Shown: positions 49,726-59,407, counted from the first letter of the stretch. The stretch: DNA of 64,000 nucleotides from Roseibacillus sp. (GCA_051251855.1 JBPOGI010000002.1:160001-224000), one strand, 5' to 3'. The notes: generated by a model not told the origin, from the letters alone. Translations and numbers: made by a program.

Positions 49726-51465
49726 TTAGGAGTCTTCGTCTAAGAAGGACTTCTTGGAGAGATCTCCGTAGAGCCCATTGAGTTTCAGTAGTTCTTCGTG
49801 GGTCCCTTTTTCGACGACACGTCCTTGGTCTAACACGTAGATACAGTCGGCGTTTTTGATGGTGGAAAGACGATGCGCGATCACGAAGACGGTGCGATTC
49901 TCCATGAGACGGTCAAGGGCGGTCTGGATGAGATGCTCGGTCTCGGTATCGACGCTGGCTGTGGCTTCGTCGAGAAGGAGAATAGGGGGGTCCTTGAGTA
50001 AAGCGCGAGCGATCGAAAGACGTTGTTTTTCACCTCCGGAAAGCTTGACCCCGCGTTCGCCAACATTGGTGTCGAGCTGCTCAGAGAGCGCTTTGACGAA
50101 GGTTTCGCAGCGGGCATTGGTGAGTGCGGCCCAGAGTTGTTCTTCGGTAGCATCGCGGCGGGCGAGGAGAAGGTTTTCTCGCACGGTGCCGTTGAAAAGG
50201 AAGGCCTCTTGGGTGACGTAGCCGATGTTTTCGCGCAGGGAGGACTTGTCGATTTGCGCGAGCTCGTGTCCGTCGATGAGGATGCTGCCTTCGTGGTAGT
50301 TATAGAAGCGGGGGAGTAAATTGACGATGGTCGACTTACCAGCACCAGTGGGGCCGACGAGGGCGACGGTCTGGCCGGGGAGCGCTTCGAGGTTGAGGTC
50401 GGTGAGGGTGGGGGCGTCGGAGTTTTCGCCGTAAGAGAAGGAAAGGCCACGGAACTCGACTTTGGCCGCAAAGTCCTTGGGCAAAGGCTTGGCGTCTTTG
50501 GGGTTGGGCTCGTTCTCCGAATCAAGAATCTCAAAAACTCTGTCAGCGGCAGCACGGGAAGAAAGAAAGAGCTGGTTGAGCTGGCGCAGGTTATTGACGG
50601 GCTCATAGAAGAGCGAGAGGAGAAGGAAGTATTTCACTAGATCTCCCAAACGCATTTCCTCTTCAATGACTGCCTGGCCACCAAAATAGAGAACGAGGGA
50701 GTAGCCCATCATCTGCACGAAGGACATGGAAGGGTTGTAGACGGCCCACCAGCGCATGAGGCGCAACGAGGCCTGGCGCACTTTGCCAGAAAGAGAGTTA
50801 AAGTGGGCGAGTTCGTCCTTTTCTGCAGCGTAAGACTTAATTTGGCGAATACCTGAAATATTGTCGTGGAGCAGGGAATTGAGGTCGGAAGTCGCGTCCC
50901 GCTGGGCTTTGTGGCGGTGGCGAGCGTCTTTGGAGTAGATCCAGGCCCCGAAAATCAGGAGAGGAATGGGAAGGGTGGCCCAAAGCCCGACCTGCCAATT
51001 GGTAAAATACATTACGGCTCCTACGGCAAGAAGCTGAATGGTCGAAACGAGGCCAAGCTCGATTCCATCGATGAGGACGCGCTCCATGGAGGTGACGTCC
51101 TCGGCGACTCGAGTCATAATATCGCCCGTTCGGCGGGTGTCGAACCAGCGCAGGGGAAGGTTCTGAATCTTGCGATAGAGGTCGGAACGAATGTCATAAA
51201 TCACATTCTGCTCGAAGTTGTTGTTCACGAGAATGCGGCCGCAATTGAGGAAGTCTTTTAGGAAGAAGCCGCCTACCCCTAACAGGACCCACTTCAGGAG
51301 TTCATAGTGGCGGGTGGGATCGGAGAGAATTTTATCGGTGACGAAGCCTGCAATGGAGGGGAAAACGATGACCGAAAGAGCCATTACTGAAGCGCAGAAG
51401 AGCTGGGCTGCAGCCAAGCCAGGGTAACGTTTCAGGTAGGAAAAGACGCGCAAGACTGAATTCAT
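49726..51465 (-). CDS. ABC exporter, fused permease/ATPase
   Basis: TM domain, GPTGAGKST, LSGGEKQR, LLDEAT, IAHRLST. Confidence 0.95.
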   Translation of the reverse strand: MNSVLRVFSYLKRYPGLAAAQLFCASVMALSVIVFPSIAGFVTDKILSDPTRHYELLKWVLLGVGGFFLKDFLNCGRILVNNNFEQNVIYDIRSDLYRKIQNLPLRWFDTRRTGDIMTRVAEDVTSMERVLIDGIELGLVSTIQLLAVGAVMYFTNWQVGLWATLPIPLLIFGAWIYSKDARHRHKAQRDATSDLNSLLHDNISGIRQIKSYAAEKDELAHFNSLSGKVRQASLRLMRWWAVYNPSMSFVQMMGYSLVLYFGGQAVIEEEMRLGDLVKYFLLLSLFYEPVNNLRQLNQLFLSSRAAADRVFEILDSENEPNPKDAKPLPKDFAAKVEFRGLSFSYGENSDAPTLTDLNLEALPGQTVALVGPTGAGKSTIVNLLPRFYNYHEGSILIDGHELAQIDKSSLRENIGYVTQEAFLFNGTVRENLLLARRDATEEQLWAALTNARCETFVKALSEQLDTNVGERGVKLSGGEKQRLSIARALLKDPPILLLDEATASVDTETEHLIQTALDRLMENRTVFVIAHRLSTIKNADCIYVLDQGRVVEKGTHEELLKLNGLYGDLSKKSFLDEDS

Positions 51466-51615
51466 GAAGAGGCAGCACCTAGGGACAGGAAGTTGCGTTT
51501 GTAAAGACGTGTGCGCTTTGTTGGCATTTTTCTATTGTCGGAGGGGGGGAATTCTCACTACAGTGCACAGATACGGTAGCTTTCATTCTGAGAGCTGGCG
51601 AAACGCACACACGTT

Positions 51616-52386
51616 ATGGCAAACGCTTTTGGAATTATCACAGCATTGGTACTGGCTGCGGCCGCTTTCTTCGGCTTCAAGAACAAGGCCGCTCTCGCGG
51701 ACCAGCGCGATGCTCTCGCATCAGAGGACAGAAAGTTGGAACTTAACAACAAAGTCTTCGACGAGCGTAAGGAGGAATTCAGCGGGCTCGAAGAAGAGAC
51801 GAAGGCAGCAAACGAGAAGACTGCGGAGCTGAAAGAGGAACTCGACGCTCAGCTTGCCAAAAACAAATCTCTCCAATCTGACATCGACGACAAGAAGAGT
51901 GCGGTCGAATCGAAAAAGGCTGAAGTTGAAAGCGGTCAAGAGAAGTTGGCTAAATTTGGCGATTTGGAAGACCTCAAACGCAATCTGGAGCAGATGGGCA
52001 CGGACTTAGCCACTGTGAACGGTGAATTACTGCTTAAGGATACCGAAATTAAGACTCGGGATAGCCTGAATACTTCTCTCAGCACTGAGAATTCGGCTAT
52101 GGAGGATGTTCTTTCTCGATATGCGCGAAAAGAGTCCCTCCCAGGTTTGAATGCAAGCGTTTCCCGAGTGGTGACCGACCTCGGTTTCGTGATTCTCACC
52201 GGTGGTGATAATGCTGGAATCATTCGCGACTCAGTTTTGGAGGTTCAGCGTGGTGGAGCTACGATTGGCAAAGTGAAGGTTACTGGAACCGAGCCTTCCA
52301 CAGCTGCCGCAAGTATCATTCCGGACTCTTTCGAAGATGGAATGAGGGTCCGCGTGGGTGACAAGGTCGTTGCCTCCTCCAACTAA
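51616..52386 (+). CDS. Membrane-anchored coiled-coil protein with C-terminal beta domain
   Basis: N-terminal TM, long heptad region, GFVIL.GG...LEVQR...VRVGDKV. Confidence 0.8.
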   Translation: MANAFGIITALVLAAAAFFGFKNKAALADQRDALASEDRKLELNNKVFDERKEEFSGLEEETKAANEKTAELKEELDAQLAKNKSLQSDIDDKKSAVESKKAEVESGQEKLAKFGDLEDLKRNLEQMGTDLATVNGELLLKDTEIKTRDSLNTSLSTENSAMEDVLSRYARKESLPGLNASVSRVVTDLGFVILTGGDNAGIIRDSVLEVQRGGATIGKVKVTGTEPSTAAASIIPDSFEDGMRVRVGDKVVASSN

Positions 52387-52434
52387 TGAGCCCAAATTGC
52401 GAATTTATTTTTCAAGTCACACACAGCACACACC

Positions 52435-53262
52435 ATGATTAAGAACATTTTCTATATCCTCACCATAATTCTTTGCGCCGCGACGGTCTTCTTCGGTTAC
52501 ACCACCAAGGGTAAGCTAGAGGCAGAGACGGCGACAACCATTGAACGCTTTGACGATAATAAGGTCGTTGCCGATAATATTGAGGACAAAGATGGCGAAA
52601 TCAAAGTTGCCAAGGAGGAAAGAAAGACAGCCGTCGATGGCCGCAACGAAACTAGTGCCAGCCTAGAGAACGAAAGTTCCAAGGAAAACGGTCTCATCAA
52701 GCAGCAGGGTGAGTTGGAGGGCGAAATCGAAGGATACGATGCCGACCTCGAGCAAATCGAAGGAGCTATTGCAACTGCGGAAGCGATTATTCGCGAAATG
52801 GTTCCGGAAGCAGGAGCCAACATGGGAGTTGACGCTGTTGTTGGACATATCGAGGACTTGGAAAACGAGCTTAAGGAAAAAGATTCTGAGCTTGAGGAGA
52901 AGACCGAAATTGCTACGAAGCTCGGTCAGGCCGTCACTTCTGCCGCTTCTCGTAAGGAGAACCTCCAAGGCCGTTTGGCCAAAGTGAAGCAGCGTATCGC
53001 ATTGAACAGAGTGACTGCAACGGTCACTGGTGTTTCCAATGAATATGGTTTTGCGATTATCAGCCGTGGAGCGAACAACTCAAATATCGATGAGCGCAGT
53101 GAGCTAATTGTGAGCCGCAATGGTTCTTTGGTTGCTCGTTTGAAGGTGGCTCAAGTGGAGCCGACCCAGACGATCTGTGATGTTGTTCCATCGAGTCTAA
53201 AGAAAGGTCAGCGGATTCGCAATGGAGACCGCGTGACAATCGAAGTTCCTGCTTCTAACTAA
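52435..53262 (+). CDS. Membrane-anchored coiled-coil protein, paralog of the preceding gene
   Basis: Same architecture: TM(FFG), coiled coil, GFAII.RG...LIVSR...IRNGDRV. Confidence 0.8.
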   Translation: MIKNIFYILTIILCAATVFFGYTTKGKLEAETATTIERFDDNKVVADNIEDKDGEIKVAKEERKTAVDGRNETSASLENESSKENGLIKQQGELEGEIEGYDADLEQIEGAIATAEAIIREMVPEAGANMGVDAVVGHIEDLENELKEKDSELEEKTEIATKLGQAVTSAASRKENLQGRLAKVKQRIALNRVTATVTGVSNEYGFAIISRGANNSNIDERSELIVSRNGSLVARLKVAQVEPTQTICDVVPSSLKKGQRIRNGDRVTIEVPASN

Positions 53263-53292
53263 GAGGGCGTTCGAACAATTGAATTTTTGAAA

Positions 53293-53320
53293 GCGGTGGA
53301 GGTGACTCCACCGTTTTTTT
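53293..53320 (+). terminator. Rho-independent terminator
   Basis: GCGGTGGAG-GTGA-CTCCACCGT followed by a T run. Confidence 0.85.
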
Positions 53321-53510
53321 ATTGGTGATAGGGGTGAGCGAAGAGGTTTGAATTCGAGGGGCAATCGCGAATGTTGCGAACTCATTTTTTAGTAGGAAGA
53401 TGACTCTTTAAGGAGAATGAGCTTGCCGCTGAGAATAGGAATCCGAGACTATTCCATCCCGTCTGACTCTTTCTTGTCTGAGAGTAGGTGATGGAAAATC
53501 CATTCTCTTC

Positions 53511-55106
53511 ATGAAAAACAACCAACTCTTTATCTGGGCTCTCACTTCTGCCCTCGCAGGTTTCCTCTTTGGATTTGATACTGTGGTTATTTCCGGTGCA
53601 GAGAAAACGATTCAAGATCTTTGGGACCTGAATGGTTCTCAGCATGGATTGGCTCTGTCGGCAGCTTTATGGGGCACGGTTCTGGGCTCCATTTTTGGTG
53701 GTTGGCCTGCCAATCGGTTTGGACGTAAGGGGACTCTGTTGTGGATTGGTATTCTCTATTTTATCTCGGCAATTTGGTCGGCTCTGTCGAATGACCTGAT
53801 TCCATTTGTGATGGCTCGTTTTATTGGAGGGATAGGAGTCGGTATTTCGACGGTAGTTGGGCCGATGTATATTTCTGAGATTGCGCCTGCTGAAAAGCGG
53901 GGTCGTCTGACGGGTATGTTCCAGTTCAACATTGTCTTCGGTATTCTGGTCGCCTTCTTATCCAATTGGCTGATTGGACGGGCGATGGGGGAGGTGGCTT
54001 GGCGTTGGATGCTGGGGGTCGAAGCGATACCGGCAGTCATTTATGCGCTGATGTGTCTTCGCATTCCGGAGAGTCCGCGTTGGCTGATTACTCAGAAGGG
54101 TGACCGAGCCGAAGGTAAGCGGGTACTGGGGCTGTCGCGTCCTGAGGCTTCCGAAAAAGAGTTGGAAGCCCTTGTGGTCGAGATCGAGTCTCATAGTGGG
54201 GCAGAGCCCAAGAGTGGAAAGATTCCGTTTCGCCGTCTGAAGATTCCTCTGATGCTAGCCTTCTTGATCGCATTCTTCAATCAGCTCTCTGGCATTAACG
54301 TGATTCTCTACTTTGCGCCGCGTCTGCTTGGTTTGGCTGGGATTGAGAATCCGTTGGCTGCCGCCATTTGGTTGGGCGTGGTGAATCTTATTTTCACGTT
54401 TGTTGGTCTTTACCTCATCGACCGTTTGGGCCGCAAGAGTCTTCTTTTTATCGGGTCCATTGGGTATATTGCCTCGTTAGGAATCTGCGCATGGGCCTTC
54501 TTGAGTTTTCCGGGGTTCAAGGTCGTCTCTTCGGCAATCGACTATCAGAGTGCTGCCGAGAAGGTAGATAAGTTGGAGGTGACCAAGCGCTCTTTGTCGC
54601 ACACTGAGAAACCCGCGGCTGCGCAGAGCTTGAAGGAGAAAGGAGCTGCTTTGGTAGCTGCGACGAATTTGCCAGACTACAAAGGGGATAAGGTCGTTGT
54701 AGGTGATCACGCGTCAACTGTGGACGCGGTTCAGACCGCCCAAAAGGCTAAGGCTGATGCCTCCAAGGTTCTGGGAGGAATGAGCACGCTTGTTCTCGTA
54801 TGTTTGTTAGGTTTCATTGCGTCTCATGCCATGGGCCAAGGGGCGGTGATTTGGGTTTTTATTGCTGAGATTTTTCCCAACGCCTTTCGAGCTGCTGGAC
54901 AATCCTTCGGTTGCGCTACTCACTGGGTCTTTGCCGCGCTCTTGTCGCTGTTATTCCCAATTGCGATTACGAAATTTGATGCCGGCTACATCTTCGGCTT
55001 CTTTGCTTTCATGATGGTGCTGCAGTTGCTCTGGGTCCTCGTGATGGTTCCTGAGACCAAGGGGGTGCCTCTTGAGGAAATGGAGAAGAAGCTCGGAATT
55101 TCCTGA
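53511..55106 (+). CDS. MFS sugar porter
   Basis: AGFLFGFDTVVISGA, RFGRK, YISEIAP..KRG, PESPRWL, NQLSGINVILY, DRLGRK, PETKG..LEE. Confidence 0.95.
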   Translation: MKNNQLFIWALTSALAGFLFGFDTVVISGAEKTIQDLWDLNGSQHGLALSAALWGTVLGSIFGGWPANRFGRKGTLLWIGILYFISAIWSALSNDLIPFVMARFIGGIGVGISTVVGPMYISEIAPAEKRGRLTGMFQFNIVFGILVAFLSNWLIGRAMGEVAWRWMLGVEAIPAVIYALMCLRIPESPRWLITQKGDRAEGKRVLGLSRPEASEKELEALVVEIESHSGAEPKSGKIPFRRLKIPLMLAFLIAFFNQLSGINVILYFAPRLLGLAGIENPLAAAIWLGVVNLIFTFVGLYLIDRLGRKSLLFIGSIGYIASLGICAWAFLSFPGFKVVSSAIDYQSAAEKVDKLEVTKRSLSHTEKPAAAQSLKEKGAALVAATNLPDYKGDKVVVGDHASTVDAVQTAQKAKADASKVLGGMSTLVLVCLLGFIASHAMGQGAVIWVFIAEIFPNAFRAAGQSFGCATHWVFAALLSLLFPIAITKFDAGYIFGFFAFMMVLQLLWVLVMVPETKGVPLEEMEKKLGIS

Positions 55107-55142
55107 CGAAAGAGCTCTCCTTGCTTTGGCAGATAAAGGAAG

Positions 55143-55193
55143 TGGAGCCGCTGGTCGGAATTGAACCGACGACCTATTCATTACGAGTGAATT
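55143..55193 (-). other. 3' fragment of tRNA-Thr(CGT): att site of an integrative element
   Basis: Reverse complement AATTCACTCGTAATGAATAGGTCGTCGGTTCAATTCCGACCAGCGGCTCCA gives anticodon arm, T arm, acceptor 3' strand and CCA; the D arm and 5' strand are absent. The integrase starts 95 bp away. Confidence 0.88.
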
Positions 55194-55287
55194 TGGTTTT
55201 AATTAAATTGAACTTATTTTGAGTGAGTTATGACTACGGTGGTTAATTTTCCTTGAGCAGTTGCCAAAATAATTGCCAATTTTGGCA

Positions 55288-56670
55288 ATGGCAAGACCGA
55301 AGCAAGTTACCCGTTTCACGATCTCCCGGTTCACCAATGGCTCGGGTTCGGTCTCGTGGAAGGTGGCTGGTACGATGCCGGATGGGACGAGGGTTCGCAA
55401 AAATTTTCCCACAAAAGCAGAAGCCCTTCAACAGCAGTCCGACCTCGAGTTAGAGGCTGATGGATTTGCTGAGCAACGTCCTACCCAACGAACTTCTCTA
55501 ACAGTAGAGCAACTGGCTGATGCGGAAGCTGCTTTTCAACAGATTGGATTGAGAAGCTTGTCCACAATTGTCTCGCGTTACCTTGCTCTCGACTCCCGAG
55601 CAAAAGAGAAGGGGGCCACCTTTGATGATGCTGCTGCATTCTTCGAGGCCCGCTTTCGTCCAGAGACAGAAGTGATCACCATTCTCAACGCTACGGATAA
55701 GTTCCTGAAGTCCCGCCATGAAATCGAAGAGGCGACTGAGCGGAATTACCGAAGCACTTTCAAGCTACTCCTGATCCCTGATCCTAATCGGTCCGTTCAT
55801 GAGTTTACCGTCTCAGATTTGGAGGAGAGAATCTCCCGCTACAAGAATCTCAATACCCGGAAGTCTCACCGTCGAATCTTCAACGTCTTTTTCCGATGGG
55901 CGCAGCGTCACCACTACTGTCTAGAGAATCCCTGTGACCGTCTGGACCAGTTACCGAAAGAGAAACGACAGATTGCCATTCTCTCGTTGGATGAAGTGCA
56001 AAGGCTGCTTACCGCTGCCATGGAGTTTCAAGGGGGAGTGTCCGTTGCTCCCATAGCCATTGCTCTCTTTGCTGGACTGCGACCAAGCGAACTAGCTGAT
56101 CTGAGTCCTAGCGACCTATCTTCAAAGCGGATTAGGGTGGGAGGTGGAAAATTGAGGAGAACAACGAATCGTTCGACGCCCATTCCTGACGTCTTAACAA
56201 AGTGGCTGAAGGAGTTTCCATTCGAGGGAATACCAAAAGGGTGGGCTTACAAGATGACCAAGCTAAAGACACTCACCCAAGCTAAAAACTGGGTGCCAGA
56301 TGTTCTTCGCCACACCTCAGTTTCGTATCAGGCCGAGCGAGACAAGGATGAGGCATTAACGGCCTTCAACTGCGGAACCTCGGTTCAGATGATGGACCAG
56401 CATTACCGGGACGTGATTGATGAAGAGAGTGCGGTGGATGACTTTTGGAATTTGACCCCGGCGGAGGTGAGGACTGCGGCAATAGCTGTCTCTATTCCGC
56501 ATGTGAAGACGGTGAAGTGGCCGACTAAGGCGCAACTTCAAAAGCAGGTTTGGAGGCAGCCCCTTATCAAGCTTGCAGAGGAGCTTGATGTTTCAAACGC
56601 CGGGCTCAAGAAGCGATGTGAGAAACTAGGTCTCAAGCTTCCTCCCCGAGGATACTGGTTGCGGAAGTAG
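55288..56670 (+). CDS. Tyrosine recombinase/integrase with C-terminal HTH extension
   Basis: ENPC, AGLRPSEL (Arg I), DVLRHT (Arg II), MMDQHY (Tyr); tail LAEELDVSNAGLKKRC.KLG..LPPRGYW. Confidence 0.9.
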   Translation: MARPKQVTRFTISRFTNGSGSVSWKVAGTMPDGTRVRKNFPTKAEALQQQSDLELEADGFAEQRPTQRTSLTVEQLADAEAAFQQIGLRSLSTIVSRYLALDSRAKEKGATFDDAAAFFEARFRPETEVITILNATDKFLKSRHEIEEATERNYRSTFKLLLIPDPNRSVHEFTVSDLEERISRYKNLNTRKSHRRIFNVFFRWAQRHHYCLENPCDRLDQLPKEKRQIAILSLDEVQRLLTAAMEFQGGVSVAPIAIALFAGLRPSELADLSPSDLSSKRIRVGGGKLRRTTNRSTPIPDVLTKWLKEFPFEGIPKGWAYKMTKLKTLTQAKNWVPDVLRHTSVSYQAERDKDEALTAFNCGTSVQMMDQHYRDVIDEESAVDDFWNLTPAEVRTAAIAVSIPHVKTVKWPTKAQLQKQVWRQPLIKLAEELDVSNAGLKKRCEKLGLKLPPRGYWLRK

Positions 56671-57018
56671 TGGTCGAGGTTGCAGGAGAAAACACCCTTA
56701 AATTTTCTCGAGAATCTCACTTGCAAATTTTGAAGCAAATGGGACTTTGAACTCGCCAAGTAGGTTCTAAGGATAAAACGACCTATTTGGTATTGTAGCT
56801 GTGCACCGTGAAATACCGGCGCATTCGGGATTAAGCAAAAAAACGGCAGCGCTGAACTGGAGTGAAAAACACGCTTCGCGAAGTAGGCGACCGCAGAACA
56901 AGCCAAGCGCACCTCAAGGTGATGCCTCAGAATACGTTAATCTAGACTCAGCAAATTTTTTGTTGCTGAAGCCCTTGGTTCGTAGCTGTCGCACTCATTA
57001 CCGGGCGCATCTCGAATT

Positions 57019-58209
57019 ATGAATAGCTATCAAGAACTGAATGAAAGTGATGCCAATTTGGTATCAGGTAAGAATTTGGAAATCGAACAATCGGCGGAGA
57101 CCGGGCCGATGGTCGTTCCTTCAATCCCTGAGGAAGAATCGGATACGAAGCCGATGGTCGTTCCTTCAACCCCTGAGGAAGAGTCGGATACGGTGCCGAT
57201 GGTCGTTCCTTCAACCCCTGAGGGAGAGTCGGATACGAAGCCAATGGTCGTTCCTTCAACCCCTGAGAAAGAGTCGGATACGAAGCCAATGGTTGTTCCT
57301 TCAACCCCTGAGGAAGAGTCGGATACGAAGCCGATGCTCGTTCCTTTAACCTCAGAGGAAGAGTCGAAAACGGTGCCAATGGTCGTCCCTTCAACTCCAA
57401 AGGAAGAGTCGAATACGGAGCCGACGATCGTTTCTCCTGCCTTAGAGAAAGAGTCGGACATGGTGCCGATGTCCGTCTTTCGAGGCTCTGAGAATGGTCA
57501 GAGCAACATTCAAGTATCCAAGGAATCGCTTGAAGCGGAGGTCCTGAAAATTAAAAACGAGTTAAAAGGGTTAGCTCGCAAGACCTTAATCTGCGCTTTC
57601 AAGCTAGGGGAAATACTGACCATTCTTAAAAAAGAAGCTGGCCATGGGCAGTGGGAGGGCTACCTCAAATCAGTGCTGCGAATTTGCCCTCGTAGTGCGA
57701 GAAATTACATCACAATTTATGATGGGCTGAAGGTGATTCCAAATATTCTTCTGCTGTTGAAATCGGAATCTATGGCCGATTTGGGAGTCACTAAAGCTCT
57801 TGAATATATTCGGGAGAAGAAGAAGGAAGGTAGGCTTGTTACTGAAGAGGACCTTCTCAAATTTGAACCTAAAGAAAAATCTAAGCCAGAACCGAAGCGT
57901 AATGACTCAATAGCACTCGCGGATGGGAAAAAGCTAAGCATGAAGAAGCTTGGCTGGAACGATGGCCTTATCCGATGGGATGAGCTGATTAAGTCTAGGT
58001 TGCTAGTAGGTGGACCAGCAGGCGATGCGGAACTCTCTGCAAGAGCTCAAGTGCAACAGATGGCGTTGGTTCTTATCGCGGGTTTGAACCGGGGCTGTGG
58101 TTCAGCGCCAAAGGACGCTGTAGCAGAGGTTTTTAAGTCCGCCGTGGAGGAGGTCAGGAGCCTCTTGGTTGAGCAAAACGACCGCGCCGAAGAGGAGGAG
58201 AGGCCCTAG
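57019..58209 (+). CDS. DUF3102-like protein with N-terminal 15-aa tandem repeats
   Basis: KLGEILTILKKEAGHGQWEGYLK...PRSARNYI matches the DUF3102 pattern; (PMVVPSTPEEESDTK)n repeats. Confidence 0.72.
   Translation: MNSYQELNESDANLVSGKNLEIEQSAETGPMVVPSIPEEESDTKPMVVPSTPEEESDTVPMVVPSTPEGESDTKPMVVPSTPEKESDTKPMVVPSTPEEESDTKPMLVPLTSEEESKTVPMVVPSTPKEESNTEPTIVSPALEKESDMVPMSVFRGSENGQSNIQVSKESLEAEVLKIKNELKGLARKTLICAFKLGEILTILKKEAGHGQWEGYLKSVLRICPRSARNYITIYDGLKVIPNILLLLKSESMADLGVTKALEYIREKKKEGRLVTEEDLLKFEPKEKSKPEPKRNDSIALADGKKLSMKKLGWNDGLIRWDELIKSRLLVGGPAGDAELSARAQVQQMALVLIAGLNRGCGSAPKDAVAEVFKSAVEEVRSLLVEQNDRAEEEERP
57106..57465 (+). repeat. 45-bp coding tandem repeat, 8 copies
   Basis: Unit CCGATGGTCGTTCCTTCAACCCCTGAGGAAGAGTCGGATACGAAG starting at 57106, 57151, 57196, 57241, 57286, 57331, 57376 and 57421. 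Confidence 0.95.
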
Positions 58210-58282
58210 CCTAGTATTTGAGCCCTGTATCTAGCCTTGTCATTGTGATGGGGCTGGGTGTTCGGCAACCAAACTTAAGAAG

Positions 58283-59407
58283 ATGAGTAAAACTACTTCA
58301 ATTCAGTGGTGCGATAGCACTGTCAATTTAGCGATGGGCTGTGATGGCTGTGAGCTCTGGCCAACTCGTGCGCGACTTACCGGAGACCTAGTTCAAGCTT
58401 TAGAAAAATTCTCCGAAGCCGGCAAAGAGAGCATCAAGAGTAAGGTCGATGCCGCATTTGGAGAATCAAACAGCGTGGTCATATTGTGGCTTCGGCGGGA
58501 AGATATCTTGATGAGTCTTTGGAAGGAATACCCCGCGGCTTCAGTGTGGGTTCTACGCGATACTTTTGAACGTGGATTTAGATGTTACGCCGGATTTCTT
58601 CACCTCATGCGTGGAGCATCTTTGTCCGACCTCAGTAAGGCTGCGGTAAAAGGATACGCCGCGAATTTTGATCGTCCGGAAATGTTCCCGGGTCGAATGA
58701 AGGATACCGCGAAATTGAAGAACCTCACGGGACAACTAAGGGAAGGCAAACCGTGGCTTGACGGATTGCCACGACTGATTTTTGTCTCTGATATGGGAGA
58801 CGCTCTCAGTCGTTCCATCCCATTTGATTACCTGAAATCTGAGCTGATCAATATTGTTAACACTGAAGAGGGAAGGCGGCATGTTTGGCTTTGGCTCACC
58901 AAGCGTCCACACCGAATGAAGGAGTTTGCACTCTGGTTGAAAAAGGAGCACGGGCAAGCTTGGCCGGAAAACCTCATGGCGATGACCTCAGTGACAGATC
59001 AAGCGTCCACGTCGAGAGTTGAATCCTTGCTGGAGATTCCTTGTAAACTAAAAGGGTTGAGCGTTGAGCCACTAGTCGGGCCTGTGAAGCTCAATCTTGA
59101 AGGGATTGATTGGGTTATCATTGGTGGTGAGAGCGGCAAGCATGCTTGTGAGTTTAATATTCAGTGGGCGCGAGACCTTCGCATGCATTGCCAAGAAAGC
59201 GGGGTCGCGTTTTTTGTGAAGCAACTCGGAGCGAATCCGGTGGATGGAGGGTTCCCGTTGTTCCCAGAAGATGGGCATGGCGGGGACTGGGAGGAGTGGC
59301 CAAAAGAGCTACGAATCCGTGAAATACCCAAACACATTGTTTCAGTGGTTAGTACCCCAAAGAAGGACCAAAACAAAGAAAGGAAAAGCTATGCTGGATC
59401 AAAGTAG
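58283..59407 (+). CDS. DUF5131 (phage Gp37/Gp68-like) protein
   Basis: TSIQWCD.TVN..MGC, CYA, IFVSDMGD, LTKRP.R, LSVEPL, IDWVIIGGESG, FFVKQLG. Confidence 0.88.
   Translation: MSKTTSIQWCDSTVNLAMGCDGCELWPTRARLTGDLVQALEKFSEAGKESIKSKVDAAFGESNSVVILWLRREDILMSLWKEYPAASVWVLRDTFERGFRCYAGFLHLMRGASLSDLSKAAVKGYAANFDRPEMFPGRMKDTAKLKNLTGQLREGKPWLDGLPRLIFVSDMGDALSRSIPFDYLKSELINIVNTEEGRRHVWLWLTKRPHRMKEFALWLKKEHGQAWPENLMAMTSVTDQASTSRVESLLEIPCKLKGLSVEPLVGPVKLNLEGIDWVIIGGESGKHACEFNIQWARDLRMHCQESGVAFFVKQLGANPVDGGFPLFPEDGHGGDWEEWPKELRIREIPKHIVSVVSTPKKDQNKERKSYAGSK

Noticed and set aside
55143..55220. Intact tRNA-Thr gene
   Set aside because: Similarity stops after the anticodon arm; the D arm and 5' acceptor strand are replaced by AT-rich sequence.
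57106..57465. Possible CRISPR array
   Set aside because: Units are contiguous 45-bp repeats with no unique spacers, are in frame within a CDS, and no cas genes are present.
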